Positions 9,026-17,210 of a DNA stretch of 64,000 bases are shown piece after piece. Where the stretch lies: IMG/VR virus record IMGVR_UViG_3300036939_000014, positions 1 through 64,000 of that record, one strand, 5' to 3'. This stretch comes from a virus. The notes below the pieces were generated by a model. The model was not told the origin of the DNA and made no database searches. It worked only from the letters and a program-made list of their open reading frames with translations. Numbering within the stretch: position 1 is the stretch's first letter; each line of letters starts with the position of its first letter. The translations under genes were made by a program, and so were the position numbers.

Positions 9026-9292
9026 CTAGACAAGCTGTTCAAGTTCTAGCTTATCAAACTCTACAGTCTCACCTTCTGGCACTCTGAGTTTAAATTGTGG
9101 ATAAGAGCTTACTTTGGGGCTATCAGACGGAACAAACTGCAAAGTGTAGAGGTTGCTTTGCAATACGAGGTCTTTATCTGGTTTGCCATCTTTCACAGGT
9201 AGCTGACTAAGGTTGCCACTCAAGTCATTAATGATGAGCATCCCAGTAAAAGGCTTTTCCTGATATTTTACTGAACCAACAATCTTAGGCAC
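9026..9292 (-). CDS. hypothetical protein, PFTG-domain paralog 2
   Basis: GTG 9292 gives MPKIVGSVKYQEKPFTGMLI, which parallels the paralog-1 N-terminus; GTGCCTAA overlap with upstream stop; track start 9385 would overlap 100 nt. Confidence 0.45.
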   Translation of the reverse strand: MPKIVGSVKYQEKPFTGMLIINDLSGNLSQLPVKDGKPDKDLVLQSNLYTLQFVPSDSPKVSSYPQFKLRVPEGETVEFDKLELEQLV

Positions 9293-9728
9293 TAGTTGAA
9301 GCTCCACCACCGCGCTTTGTGCTGACTGTATTTGGTGCCACTTCTTGCTCAGTTGCTGGTGGCTGTGCCACCACTGTAGGGTCATTTAGTACGCCAACTA
9401 CACCAGCATCAGCAGCAGGTTCTGGCTGTGGCATTGTCTGCTTAATTTCCTCCTCATTGACCTTCTCGCCTTTTAATGAAGCACAGATATCAGCCAGTTC
9501 TACCTCAGGCTTATCAGGAACGATTAAGAGGTCGAATACAGTAGGTTTCTCAGCTTGTACCCATTCAACGTTGTAGCGACCCGGCATAAGCTCCACTGGC
9601 TCAATCTCAGGATTGCCATCGTTGATTTGCAACATTCTACGCTCTTGCTGAGAGTTTAGATAGATTAAGTACCCAGTAAACGGTTGTCCGGGCTTGGGGC
9701 TTAAAGGACGGGTTGTGATAACAGGCAT
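9285..9728 (-). CDS. hypothetical protein, PFTG-domain paralog 1
   Basis: 147 aa; starts MPVI...PFTGYLI; paralogous to downstream ORF. Confidence 0.55.
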   Translation of the reverse strand: MPVITTRPLSPKPGQPFTGYLIYLNSQQERRMLQINDGNPEIEPVELMPGRYNVEWVQAEKPTVFDLLIVPDKPEVELADICASLKGEKVNEEEIKQTMPQPEPAADAGVVGVLNDPTVVAQPPATEQEVAPNTVSTKRGGGASTSA

Positions 9729-9780
9729 TTCAAATGTTTTGTAAGCTTACGGTTAACAAGTTTAGCTCAATTGCATCGTG

Positions 9781-9943
9781 TGGCATAGTGTCTAGGGGCA
9801 GAAGTAGTGGGAGCAGAGGGGGGAACATACCGTGCTGATGCTCATGCTTTAAACTAACCCCTAATCCTTGCTGCATATAGTGTGTAGCTGCCGGAAGGTC
9901 TAGACTCTAGATAATAACTACAGTGTTAACGTTCCGTTTTTTT
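9781..9943 (+). ncRNA. structured repeat element E7
   Basis: Starts TGGCAT; GAGCA/TGCTC hairpin; core; CCGGAAGG..CGTTCCG plus T7 run. Confidence 0.65.
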
Positions 9944-9947
9944 ATTG

Positions 9948-9969
9948 GCGTTGACATTAAGTTAAAAGC
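9948..9969 (+). promoter_or_regulatory. box promoter
   Basis: TTGACA-ttaagt-TAAAAG directly after the E7 terminator. Confidence 0.55.
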
Positions 9970-9996
9970 TGGATAAGCTGTAGGAGAAGTTAACCA

Positions 9997-10095
9997 ATGA
10001 TGTCTGATGCAGAGAAACAGAATCTTAAGGTTTTGTGTTGTAGCCAGTCTTACAGTCGTTCTGAGTGGATTGAGTTTCGCCGCCGTCGCCAGTGA
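9997..10095 (+). CDS. possible small ORF (32 aa)
   Basis: ATG about 30 nt after box promoter 9948-9969; below the track threshold. Confidence 0.25.
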   Translation: MMSDAEKQNLKVLCCSQSYSRSEWIEFRRRRQ

Positions 10096-10161
10096 TGGTC
10101 AATCACCTCCACCCGGTTGCGGTCGTAGAGATTCTACTGAATGCGAGCAGGGGAAATAAGG

Positions 10162-10380
10162 ATGCCAAATTACAAGTCAGTCACAGACTATCAAAAAGCC
10201 AAACAGGCTGAGCAGCGTCAAGAGGCGATCTCTCAACAACAGAGCAAGGTGAATGAGTTACGGCAGAAGCACGCACAAGCCTGTAAACATGGGATATTCG
10301 GAAGGTATCGTCAAGAACTAGAGGAGGCAGAGTTAGAACTGGAAAGACTCAAAAACTCTTGGGACGGTTGTAACAATTAA
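10162..10380 (+). CDS. hypothetical coiled-coil protein (72 aa)
   Basis: ATG 10162 preceded by AAGGA; terminator 10384-10410. Confidence 0.5.
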   Translation: MPNYKSVTDYQKAKQAEQRQEAISQQQSKVNELRQKHAQACKHGIFGRYRQELEEAELELERLKNSWDGCNN

Positions 10381-10410
10381 TAGTAAAGCCACTCCGACGA
10401 GTGGCTTTAC

Positions 10411-10441
10411 TATTGACGTTTGACTAAATTCTCATTAAACT
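10411..10441 (+). promoter_or_regulatory. box promoter
   Basis: TATTGACGTTTGACTAAATT; TTGACG-17-TAAACT. Confidence 0.6.
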
Positions 10442-10470
10442 AGAATAGTCAACACATAAAGTTTACGAGC

Positions 10471-10773
10471 ATGGCAATATACATTGGCATACACGAAAAG
10501 GGCAGCGAAGTAGATACAGAAGCTATTGTTTTAGCTAATACAACAGCACAGCATTTCTACCCGACAATAGATGCTATGAATGGGATTAGAGCTGTTTACG
10601 GCTTAACAGGTAAGCAGACAATGCCATTGTTTGAAACAGCATTAAATCAGCTTAATGCTGTTGACAATAGTCCTAAAGTGTTTGACCCGACGCTGGAAAA
10701 TGCTAAGGAGGCATTAAGACACCTAATTAAGATTGCCAAACACAATCCTCGTTGCATTTGGGGTGGAGACTAG
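10471..10773 (+). CDS. hypothetical protein (100 aa)
   Basis: Box promoter 10411-10441; terminator 10802-10825. Confidence 0.55.
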   Translation: MAIYIGIHEKGSEVDTEAIVLANTTAQHFYPTIDAMNGIRAVYGLTGKQTMPLFETALNQLNAVDNSPKVFDPTLENAKEALRHLIKIAKHNPRCIWGGD

Positions 10774-10801
10774 AATTAATTGAATTTTGGATTGAAATAT
10801 T

Positions 10802-10825
10802 AAAGCCACTCAAATGAGTGGCTTT
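10802..10825. terminator. bidirectional terminator
   Basis: AAAGCCACTC-aaat-GAGTGGCTTT between convergent genes. Confidence 0.7.
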
Positions 10826-10829
10826 CGCT

Positions 10830-11234
10830 TTAGAACTTGTGTGTTCCCTCTTTGCCCTCTGAAGTCTTTCTATTTGTTCGCTTATTGAGTGCCGCCAAAG
10901 CTAGTTGCAAATATTCAATAGCTTCTTGATTTTCATCGCATTTGCTGATTGTTTGTTGATAAGCTTCAATCCTGTCTCTAGCAGCGTCTATGATTGTCTC
11001 AACAAAAGCTCCGTTGATGTCATCTGCTTCTAAAATTGCGCCATTTTGCCAGCTGATACAGAAGCCTGTACCGTAGCTACAGCCTCCTGAGATGATTTCA
11101 GAGCCGTCTTCAGTGCGTGTTGTGAAGTGCGAAGAGTCGTAACTGCCTAGCATAATTTTCTCTTTGTGACTACTCTCAATTCTATGAGAGTAGAGTGACT
11201 TTCGTTTAGTCGTTGGCTCAATGCTATTGTTCAA
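10830..11234 (-). CDS. hypothetical protein (134 aa)
   Basis: TTG start is uncertain; shares bidirectional terminator 10802-10825. Confidence 0.45.
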   Translation of the reverse strand: MNNSIEPTTKRKSLYSHRIESSHKEKIMLGSYDSSHFTTRTEDGSEIISGGCSYGTGFCISWQNGAILEADDINGAFVETIIDAARDRIEAYQQTISKCDENQEAIEYLQLALAALNKRTNRKTSEGKEGTHKF

Positions 11235-11294
11235 GATTTGGGATATCCAGGATGAGGTTAGTCACAATATAAAGCTGCTTACTGGTTGACTAGA

Positions 11295-11314
11295 CGTTGA
11301 CATTTCGCTAAAAT
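11295..11314 (+). promoter_or_regulatory. box promoter
   Basis: TTGACA-tttcgc-TAAAAT. Confidence 0.6.
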
Positions 11315-11341
11315 ATAGCTAATGAGTTAAGTGTTTTTGCA

Positions 11342-11734
11342 ATGTCAGAAATTAACAGTTGTGGCAAAGAAGAGGTTTATGGTTATGTCTTGCCTGGATG
11401 GTATCTGTGCCGTCTTGTAGAAGCTACGTATACCTTCAGAGTCAATCAATTTGTTTCCATGAATAATAATGATTGGGGGCTAACTACATCGAATGATCCA
11501 AGCTTTGTATTTTCAATGAATCCTATTGAAGTTACAGAAGATACGGAAGACTACACGACCTTAAATCATTACCGGAACCGTCTTATAGGGGATGCTGAAA
11601 GCTGTCATCAACTTGTTAATGCCTGCATAGAAGCTGGTTATGATATAAACGAGGGAGGATTAGCAGCATGGTTGTGTAATCGAATGTGGAAACACTTAGA
11701 GATTAGGGGCTGGAAACCATACACGGTCTATTAA
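11342..11734 (+). CDS. hypothetical protein (130 aa)
   Basis: Box promoter 11295-11314. Confidence 0.55.
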   Translation: MSEINSCGKEEVYGYVLPGWYLCRLVEATYTFRVNQFVSMNNNDWGLTTSNDPSFVFSMNPIEVTEDTEDYTTLNHYRNRLIGDAESCHQLVNACIEAGYDINEGGLAAWLCNRMWKHLEIRGWKPYTVY

Positions 11735-11754
11735 GGAGTTTTAGAGAGAGAAAA

Positions 11755-11952
11755 ATGACAAAAAAGAAAGTGTCAGATCTTAAGATGGGTGATGAAATAA
11801 TTCATCCTGAGACCGAAGAACAACTAACTGTAGATTCAGTATGGATGCTAAACTCAAATCCCTCTTTATGTATGGTTAGATTTGAAGGCATTGCAAGACC
11901 TGCGGCACATAACGAGAATGTAGAATTTGAAGTTTTGCTAACAGAAGATTAA
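11755..11952 (+). CDS. hypothetical protein (65 aa)
   Basis: AGAGAGAGAAAA-ATG; convergent with the tail gene. Confidence 0.5.
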   Translation: MTKKKVSDLKMGDEIIHPETEEQLTVDSVWMLNSNPSLCMVRFEGIARPAAHNENVEFEVLLTED

Positions 11953-14762
11953 TTGATAGTCACAAGACCTTCTGAAGTCAACATATTCGGAAGCCATATG
12001 ACTCCACCAATACCGACCGTACCATCTGGCTGAGGATCTATCGAATTAACCCGATAGATTCTTTTTTGTTCAGTAATTTTGCTTACACAAACATAGTCGC
12101 CATTCCGGTTCTCACCCGGTTGTTGCAATGGAACTTGTAAACCCTGAATAGCCAACAGCACCTCTTGTATAGTCGGTTCCAGGTAGCTAATCAAAGGTAA
12201 GTCGGTTTGCATCCCACCATCCTGTAGACGGAATATAGCCGCCACATAGCCAGCCTCTTCACCAATTCCCTGACGTACTGGTGCGCTTAATCTGACATTG
12301 CAAGTATAGGTTCCATTCGGCTGCAATACACACCCCGCAAATTGAACAAAACCACTACATTCCCTGTCAAACTCAGTGATAAGGTGCTGAACATAAATCA
12401 AGTCACCCGGTGTAATGTAACTGCCTTGCAGCCCGGTCTTAAAGCTAATTGCACGGTCTTGTAAGAGTCTAGTCTTAAGATAGACTTGCCCTATTTTCTC
12501 GGCTTGGGAAAAGTTTGTAACACTGTCTAATCCCAGAGACTCTTCTACTACAGGAACTTCACCGTTATAGGCTGCAAGGGTTTGAATTGTAATAGTTTTA
12601 GTCTCAAACTTTTCGTCTTCCCCATTTTTGTAACTAACAATCAGCGTGTTAAGGTCTTGACGCTCTGCAAATTCTTCATTAAACGAACCTTCTATAATGT
12701 TGCTCGCATTGAACAGAGCAATGGGTTTTGCCATACTAAGCCGTTGTTCCGGTATTAGTGCAAACTTGCCACTAATGCGACTAGGGAATAGCAAAGACCC
12801 TAAACTCTCACGGGTTGCCCATTGTGCCCACGGGGTAGGACTTGCAATAATTCCATCCCAAAAGAACCCATTGAGCTTACAGTATATTTTGCTGTCAATT
12901 ATGCTGTTGTAGTCTACAAAAAAGTCAGCATCAATAAAATTACCCAGCCCACCATCAAAGCTGGTTAATGTATCGGCGTAGATGTCGGGGAAATAATTAG
13001 AGCAACCGTAGTGGTAGATTAACCAGCGATCGCCATTAGACCAATTACAGGACTGAGCTGTAACTATTTGTCCTGCGGCTAAATTAATGCTTGTGATAGT
13101 TGACTCAGTGCGCTTGTCAAGATTCCTTAGGATGTCACCTACTTTAATGAAACCGACATTACTTAGCGATTGCAAGTATGCATCAGCGGTTCTTAGGTCG
13201 TTGTTAGAACTTCCGGCAAATGCAATAGAACTGCCTCCTAGCACCCGCATTCTGCTTCGACCTTTGCGGATTAGTCCCTTAAGATTAGGTTGCCCTTGTA
13301 ATTGTGCTGATGCTGTTGCAACAAGTCCAATCATGGGCATACCGGGATAGCCTACTACACTGAGCTGACCGATAGCACCGGGATAGACTATTTCATTGAC
13401 ACTGGTAATCTGACATGGCGCTCCTCCTTGAGCCGCCCATTGAGTGCGATCGGTGTAGCTGTTATCATCACGTACAGCTTCTAACACTCCCCCTTCTAAT
13501 GTGAGTGTCCAGCCATTAGCTACCGGGAATGATCGCAACACCCCATCATCTTTAAGAGCGTAGGTCTGCTCGCCTACTGGCTGCTCATCACGAGTAATGG
13601 TAATAAGTTCAAGCTTGTACTTAGAGAGCGGTAAGTCTTGTATCAGGAATGTCCTACGCAGATTAGTTTTAGTCTTGCTCTTGATGTGGATGCGAGCAAG
13701 TTTGGTGCGAACCTGAGTAGTAAGGCTAGTGAGGTAGATATCCCAGACATTCGCTAGATTTACGTCTTCTACTTCCTTTGAGTCTTTATCCTGTTTGACT
13801 GCCCAGTATTGAGCATTTAGATTAACCTGTATTTCAGTAACACGTTTTGAAGTAGTGTAGTTTGCGTTCCAATAGGCATAGACTGGCTGTGCATTGGTTT
13901 GATTAATTACTTTATCCGCTATTACAGAGGTTGTAGTTTTAGCCTTGAGTCGGAAGGACTGACCTGCATGACGGTAGCTGTCTCCAGGGCTAAACGCTGT
14001 AACGTCCTCTTCCTTCAGTACTATGGTTGAGCTAGATGTTGTTGTCTCCAGAATTGCTCTAGAGTCCAGCCCCATTTGATTTTGGGCAGCGGGACTTATG
14101 GCTTGTGAGTAGTAGGGGAATTCTGGAAAGGGTGCCTGATTTGGCAGTCCTAATGCAACTTTGGTAATTACTTCATCCTCAAAGTAGTTAATACGTGGTT
14201 GATCGTTGATAGTCATGCCAGCTTGGTCTATGCTTCCAAATTGACCGTAGCCTAGTACAACTAGTTGATAGAGCCTCTGTACTCCCATACGAGTTTCTAC
14301 GCGGCTATTGACCACAAAGCCGCTAGTCAGCACACCTCCGTTGGGATTAGTGTCACGGTCACAGTAGATGAGCGGGATAGGACCCCCGATAGAAGGCAAT
14401 GCCGCAACACTGTCAAAACCATAAGCCTGAGCGGGTGCCCTCTGTTGTTCCTCCTCTTCCTTTTTCTTCTTGCTGCCAAATAACCTAAACCCTATTGCTG
14501 CACCCATTAATGCCCCAATAATGCCACCTACACCTAATAGAGGAGCTGCAAAGAAACCGATCGCAGCAAAAGCTATAATCCCAAGTATTTTGCCATTCTG
14601 AACGTCATAGAATACCGCCTCGGGGTCAGATGCGAGTCTGACTGCTGTCTGATTCCTCAGATGGAAGTGAAACTCATTGAGAGCCTGGATGTCAGAGGAG
14701 GTCAGATTAACTCCGTGGCGTTCCTCAAGGTAAGACAAAAACTCAAAATCAGATGGCAGCAT
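11949..14762 (-). CDS. tail-tip / host-specificity protein (lambda gpJ-like)
   Basis: 937 aa; KLNGFFWDGIIASPTPWAQWATRESLG resembles the Phage-tail_3 domain; unusual N-terminal TM segment plus KKKKEEEEQ; downstream of L- and K-like genes. Confidence 0.55.
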   Translation of the reverse strand: MLPSDFEFLSYLEERHGVNLTSSDIQALNEFHFHLRNQTAVRLASDPEAVFYDVQNGKILGIIAFAAIGFFAAPLLGVGGIIGALMGAAIGFRLFGSKKKKEEEEQQRAPAQAYGFDSVAALPSIGGPIPLIYCDRDTNPNGGVLTSGFVVNSRVETRMGVQRLYQLVVLGYGQFGSIDQAGMTINDQPRINYFEDEVITKVALGLPNQAPFPEFPYYSQAISPAAQNQMGLDSRAILETTTSSSTIVLKEEDVTAFSPGDSYRHAGQSFRLKAKTTTSVIADKVINQTNAQPVYAYWNANYTTSKRVTEIQVNLNAQYWAVKQDKDSKEVEDVNLANVWDIYLTSLTTQVRTKLARIHIKSKTKTNLRRTFLIQDLPLSKYKLELITITRDEQPVGEQTYALKDDGVLRSFPVANGWTLTLEGGVLEAVRDDNSYTDRTQWAAQGGAPCQITSVNEIVYPGAIGQLSVVGYPGMPMIGLVATASAQLQGQPNLKGLIRKGRSRMRVLGGSSIAFAGSSNNDLRTADAYLQSLSNVGFIKVGDILRNLDKRTESTITSINLAAGQIVTAQSCNWSNGDRWLIYHYGCSNYFPDIYADTLTSFDGGLGNFIDADFFVDYNSIIDSKIYCKLNGFFWDGIIASPTPWAQWATRESLGSLLFPSRISGKFALIPEQRLSMAKPIALFNASNIIEGSFNEEFAERQDLNTLIVSYKNGEDEKFETKTITIQTLAAYNGEVPVVEESLGLDSVTNFSQAEKIGQVYLKTRLLQDRAISFKTGLQGSYITPGDLIYVQHLITEFDRECSGFVQFAGCVLQPNGTYTCNVRLSAPVRQGIGEEAGYVAAIFRLQDGGMQTDLPLISYLEPTIQEVLLAIQGLQVPLQQPGENRNGDYVCVSKITEQKRIYRVNSIDPQPDGTVGIGGVIWLPNMLTSEGLVTIN

Positions 14763-14801
14763 GACACTTAGAGGTAAATTAATATACTACCTCTTGTGTT
14801 A

Positions 14802-14819
14802 TATTGACGTTTAGCTAGG
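14802..14819 (+). promoter_or_regulatory. box promoter driving element E8
   Basis: TATTGACGTTTAGCTAGGCT; no CDS downstream on this strand before E8. Confidence 0.55.
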
Positions 14820-14826
14820 CTTCAAC

Positions 14827-14993
14827 TGGCACACAAAAAAGGCGGAAGATGGGAGAATTTGAGGCGAGCATCGGAGGAACATCCTCGTATTCAGTTCCCT
14901 CTCGAAAATGACTCCTAAGCCTTACTGTATATGGGTTGTAGCTACCGGAACGTACAGTATCTAGGTAATAAATACAGCGTTAATGTTCCGTCT
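14827..14993 (+). ncRNA. structured repeat element E8
   Basis: Box promoter 14802-14819 ends 7 nt before TGGCAC; core; CCGGAACG..GTTCCGTCT. Confidence 0.65.
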
Positions 14994-15071
14994 AAGATGA
15001 TGCTTGAAAATTGGCACAATAAAGGGCAGTTGTTACACTGCCCTCTGCTAGATAGTTATGAGTATGTTTAC

Positions 15072-15347
15072 TTAGCCTTCAATTTGCCTCAATGACTTGA
15101 CTGTTACCGAGTCGTAACTTCCTATTGAGTCTTCATTGATAATTACTTCTACACGGTGCGTAGCTGGAAGAGGATATTCAAAAGCATTGGCTTTAATCTC
15201 AGACCAGATAGGGTCTTTCTCTTCATTGAGTATTGGATTGCCACATTTTGCCGTTAATCCTAATTCCGGGCTAGGAATAAGATAGTAAACTTCAATGCCG
15301 TCTCTCTTGATCTCTTTGGTGATTTGGCACTTAATGGCTTGTGTCAT
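15072..15347 (-). CDS. hypothetical protein (91 aa)
   Basis: Terminator 15019-15046; bracketed by two plus-strand element copies. Confidence 0.5.
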   Translation of the reverse strand: MTQAIKCQITKEIKRDGIEVYYLIPSPELGLTAKCGNPILNEEKDPIWSEIKANAFEYPLPATHRVEVIINEDSIGSYDSVTVKSLRQIEG

Positions 15348-15403
15348 TTTGCTGTAAAAACTCGACTCCTACAGTCTATTATTTTTTTACCTTAATGTCA
15401 AAT

Positions 15404-15583
15404 TGGCACATCCCAATTACGGAAGGTTGCCACTAAAACCCTATTTTGAGGCATAAACTCAGAAGCAACTAGCCTCTATTTAGCTTCCTCACAAAATCAA
15501 CCTCTAAAGCTTACTACATATACATTATAGCTACCGACAGCAAAGGTTATTCAGTAACAAATAAGCAGTTATCCTTCCGTCTA
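15404..15583 (+). ncRNA. structured repeat element E9
   Basis: TGGCAC start; GAAGC/GCTTC hairpin; ACAAAATCAACCTCTAAAGCTTAC core; weak terminal stem. Confidence 0.55.
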
Positions 15584-15651
15584 CTACCCCCCCGTTGTTC
15601 GCCTCTCAATTGTCACACACTTCCATGTCACAATACCGTATTTTAATATTG

Positions 15652-15682
15652 TTGACATTTAGCAAAACGTCAATCATGATGA
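15652..15682. promoter_or_regulatory. palindromic double box upstream of parB
   Basis: TTGACATTTAGCAAAACGTCAA reads as the box on both strands. Confidence 0.55.
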
Positions 15683-15712
15683 ATACAGCGAGCAAACGTA
15701 AAGGATGAAGTC

Positions 15713-16075
15713 ATGCCTAAGACATCAGGATTAGAATCAATAGCCCAGCGCTCATCAGCATGGTCACTAGAGATCGACTTATTGCGCGTCAAGCTTTCAG
15801 ACGGCAGTATTATTGACCCTAAGACTTTAGACCTTCAGGAGGTCTTTGCAGGGAAGTATGAACTGTGGAATGTCTGCCGACAGACTTATGACGTAGAGCG
15901 GATTGAGGAGCTGAGAGATTCCATTATTGCCATCGGGGTTCAGGATGAACTTAAAGGCTACTACGTAGGCTCCAATGACGGTGAACAGATTGTAGTTCTT
16001 ACCGATGGTCATAGAAGGCTGTTTGCAAGCCTCTGGGCAAGGCAAATGGGGCATCACATAGTCAGAGCCTTTTAG
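15713..16075 (+). CDS. parB: ParB-like nuclease domain protein, N-terminal part of split ParB
   Basis: VLTDGHRRLFA is the ParB GxRR box; ends at TTT TAG; continuation is open in the +1 frame from 16062. Confidence 0.7.
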   Translation: MPKTSGLESIAQRSSAWSLEIDLLRVKLSDGSIIDPKTLDLQEVFAGKYELWNVCRQTYDVERIEELRDSIIAIGVQDELKGYYVGSNDGEQIVVLTDGHRRLFASLWARQMGHHIVRAF

Positions 16076-16118
16076 AGCTGATAAGCTCCAAAAAGGGCAA
16101 ACAGAGGCACACTACCTA

Positions 16119-16619
16119 TTGACTCAATTGAGGTCTAATAGTGCTACTCAAGTCCCACTGACAATGTTAGAACAGGGGCTTGTGATAAAGCGCTTCTTGG
16201 CTTATGGCAACACTGTTGATGAGGTGTCATCTCAGACTGGCATCAAGCGAGCGCATCTTGAGAACTGCCTAGCGATAGCTAACACACCCAGTGATGTCAA
16301 GGAATTAATCAAGGAGGGCACTATTGCACCTACTACGGTGGTTGGGGCAATTAACACAGACAAGACAGAGTTTCAAGAGGTCATCAAGGAAGCCTTAGAT
16401 ATTGCAGAGATAGAGGCGCGTAACAATGGCAAGGGTAAAGTTAAGGTTACCAATACTCACGTCAAACAAGCTCGTGAGAAGCGCAAGAATACAGAGGTGA
16501 GTGAAGCCGAAAAACAGAAGCTTTTAGAAGATGTACAGAATGCTGATTTTGCAGCACTGTCCTACTCAGAACTAGCCAAGATTAACGAGATTATCCGTAA
16601 GCATTGGAGCAAAAAATAA
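16119..16619 (+). CDS. parB: ParB-like HTH/C-terminal part of split ParB
   Basis: LEQGLVIKRFLAYGNTVDEVSSQTGIKRAHLENCLAI resembles the ParB HTH region; frame open from 16062, with no ATG before TTG 16119. Confidence 0.6.
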   Translation: MTQLRSNSATQVPLTMLEQGLVIKRFLAYGNTVDEVSSQTGIKRAHLENCLAIANTPSDVKELIKEGTIAPTTVVGAINTDKTEFQEVIKEALDIAEIEARNNGKGKVKVTNTHVKQAREKRKNTEVSEAEKQKLLEDVQNADFAALSYSELAKINEIIRKHWSKK

Positions 16620-16789
16620 TGACAACTGAACAGTTGGAAGCCTTGCAAGAATTGATAGCTCGGTGGAGATTGAGAGACTGTGGCACAGGGAATCCCGACT
16701 ATGACAATGGCAGAGAGTCAGCTTACAACGCTTGTGCTGATTGGCTAGAGGAAGTAGTGCAAACATTCACAAAAGATGAAGAATCATGA
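16619..16789 (+). CDS. hypothetical protein (56 aa)
   Basis: TAATG overlap with ParB stop. Confidence 0.45.
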   Translation: MTTEQLEALQELIARWRLRDCGTGNPDYDNGRESAYNACADWLEEVVQTFTKDEES

Positions 16790-17007
16790 GAAAACAATAT
16801 TTACAAGATAAGCTCCTCAGCTTAATGCCTTCTCAATGGGAAGAATTTTTATTTCGGCTAGAAGAAGATTGTCCAGCTTATTTTCATCCTTCGCAATTAA
16901 TGACTCGTTTAGACCAAGTAGCACAGTTAATTGACAAAGTGTCTTTTGATGTTTTGATGAAGCACTTAAGAAATACTGTTCCATGTTTAAGTGAAGAGGA
17001 GTCATAA
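16786..17007 (+). CDS. hypothetical protein (73 aa)
   Basis: ATGA overlap coupling. Confidence 0.5.
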   Translation: MRKQYLQDKLLSLMPSQWEEFLFRLEEDCPAYFHPSQLMTRLDQVAQLIDKVSFDVLMKHLRNTVPCLSEEES

Positions 17008-17210
17008 TGCTCGCAACTAAATTAGCAGGAGCTTTAACCATATTCGCTAGTTACGCACCAGCTGTGCAAATAGAATACCAACAGAATGCCTACAGGCTCT
17101 ATGGTTATTCCGAAGACGCCTTTAAGTCTATGACTCTTTCTGCTAGGAGTAAGCTTTTTTCTTTGGGATGGTGCATTAGTTCAGATGGGGAATGGTACTT
17201 ACCCGACTAA
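17007..17210 (+). CDS. hypothetical protein (67 aa)
   Basis: TAATG overlap coupling. Confidence 0.5.
   Translation: MLATKLAGALTIFASYAPAVQIEYQQNAYRLYGYSEDAFKSMTLSARSKLFSLGWCISSDGEWYLPD

Noticed and set aside
9026-9728. Programmed frameshift joining 9285-9728 and 9026-9385 (100-nt overlap, +1)
   Set aside because: A GTG at 9292 gives an N-terminus (MPKIVGSVKYQEKPFTG) that parallels the upstream paralog (MPVITTRPLSPKPGQPFTG). Two tandem paralogous genes with an 8-nt overlap explain the data without recoding.
12697-14483. Plus-strand track ORFs inside the gpJ-like gene (12697-12912, 13087-13350, 14265-14483). Similar antisense ORFs lie inside other long genes (4179-4394, 21886-22095, 23026-23232, 29110-29322, 30567-31101, 36028-36336, 45000-45233, 50500-50949, 60727-61896)
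   Set aside because: They are fully embedded antisense or out of frame within long ORFs that have recognisable domains. No independent signals support them.
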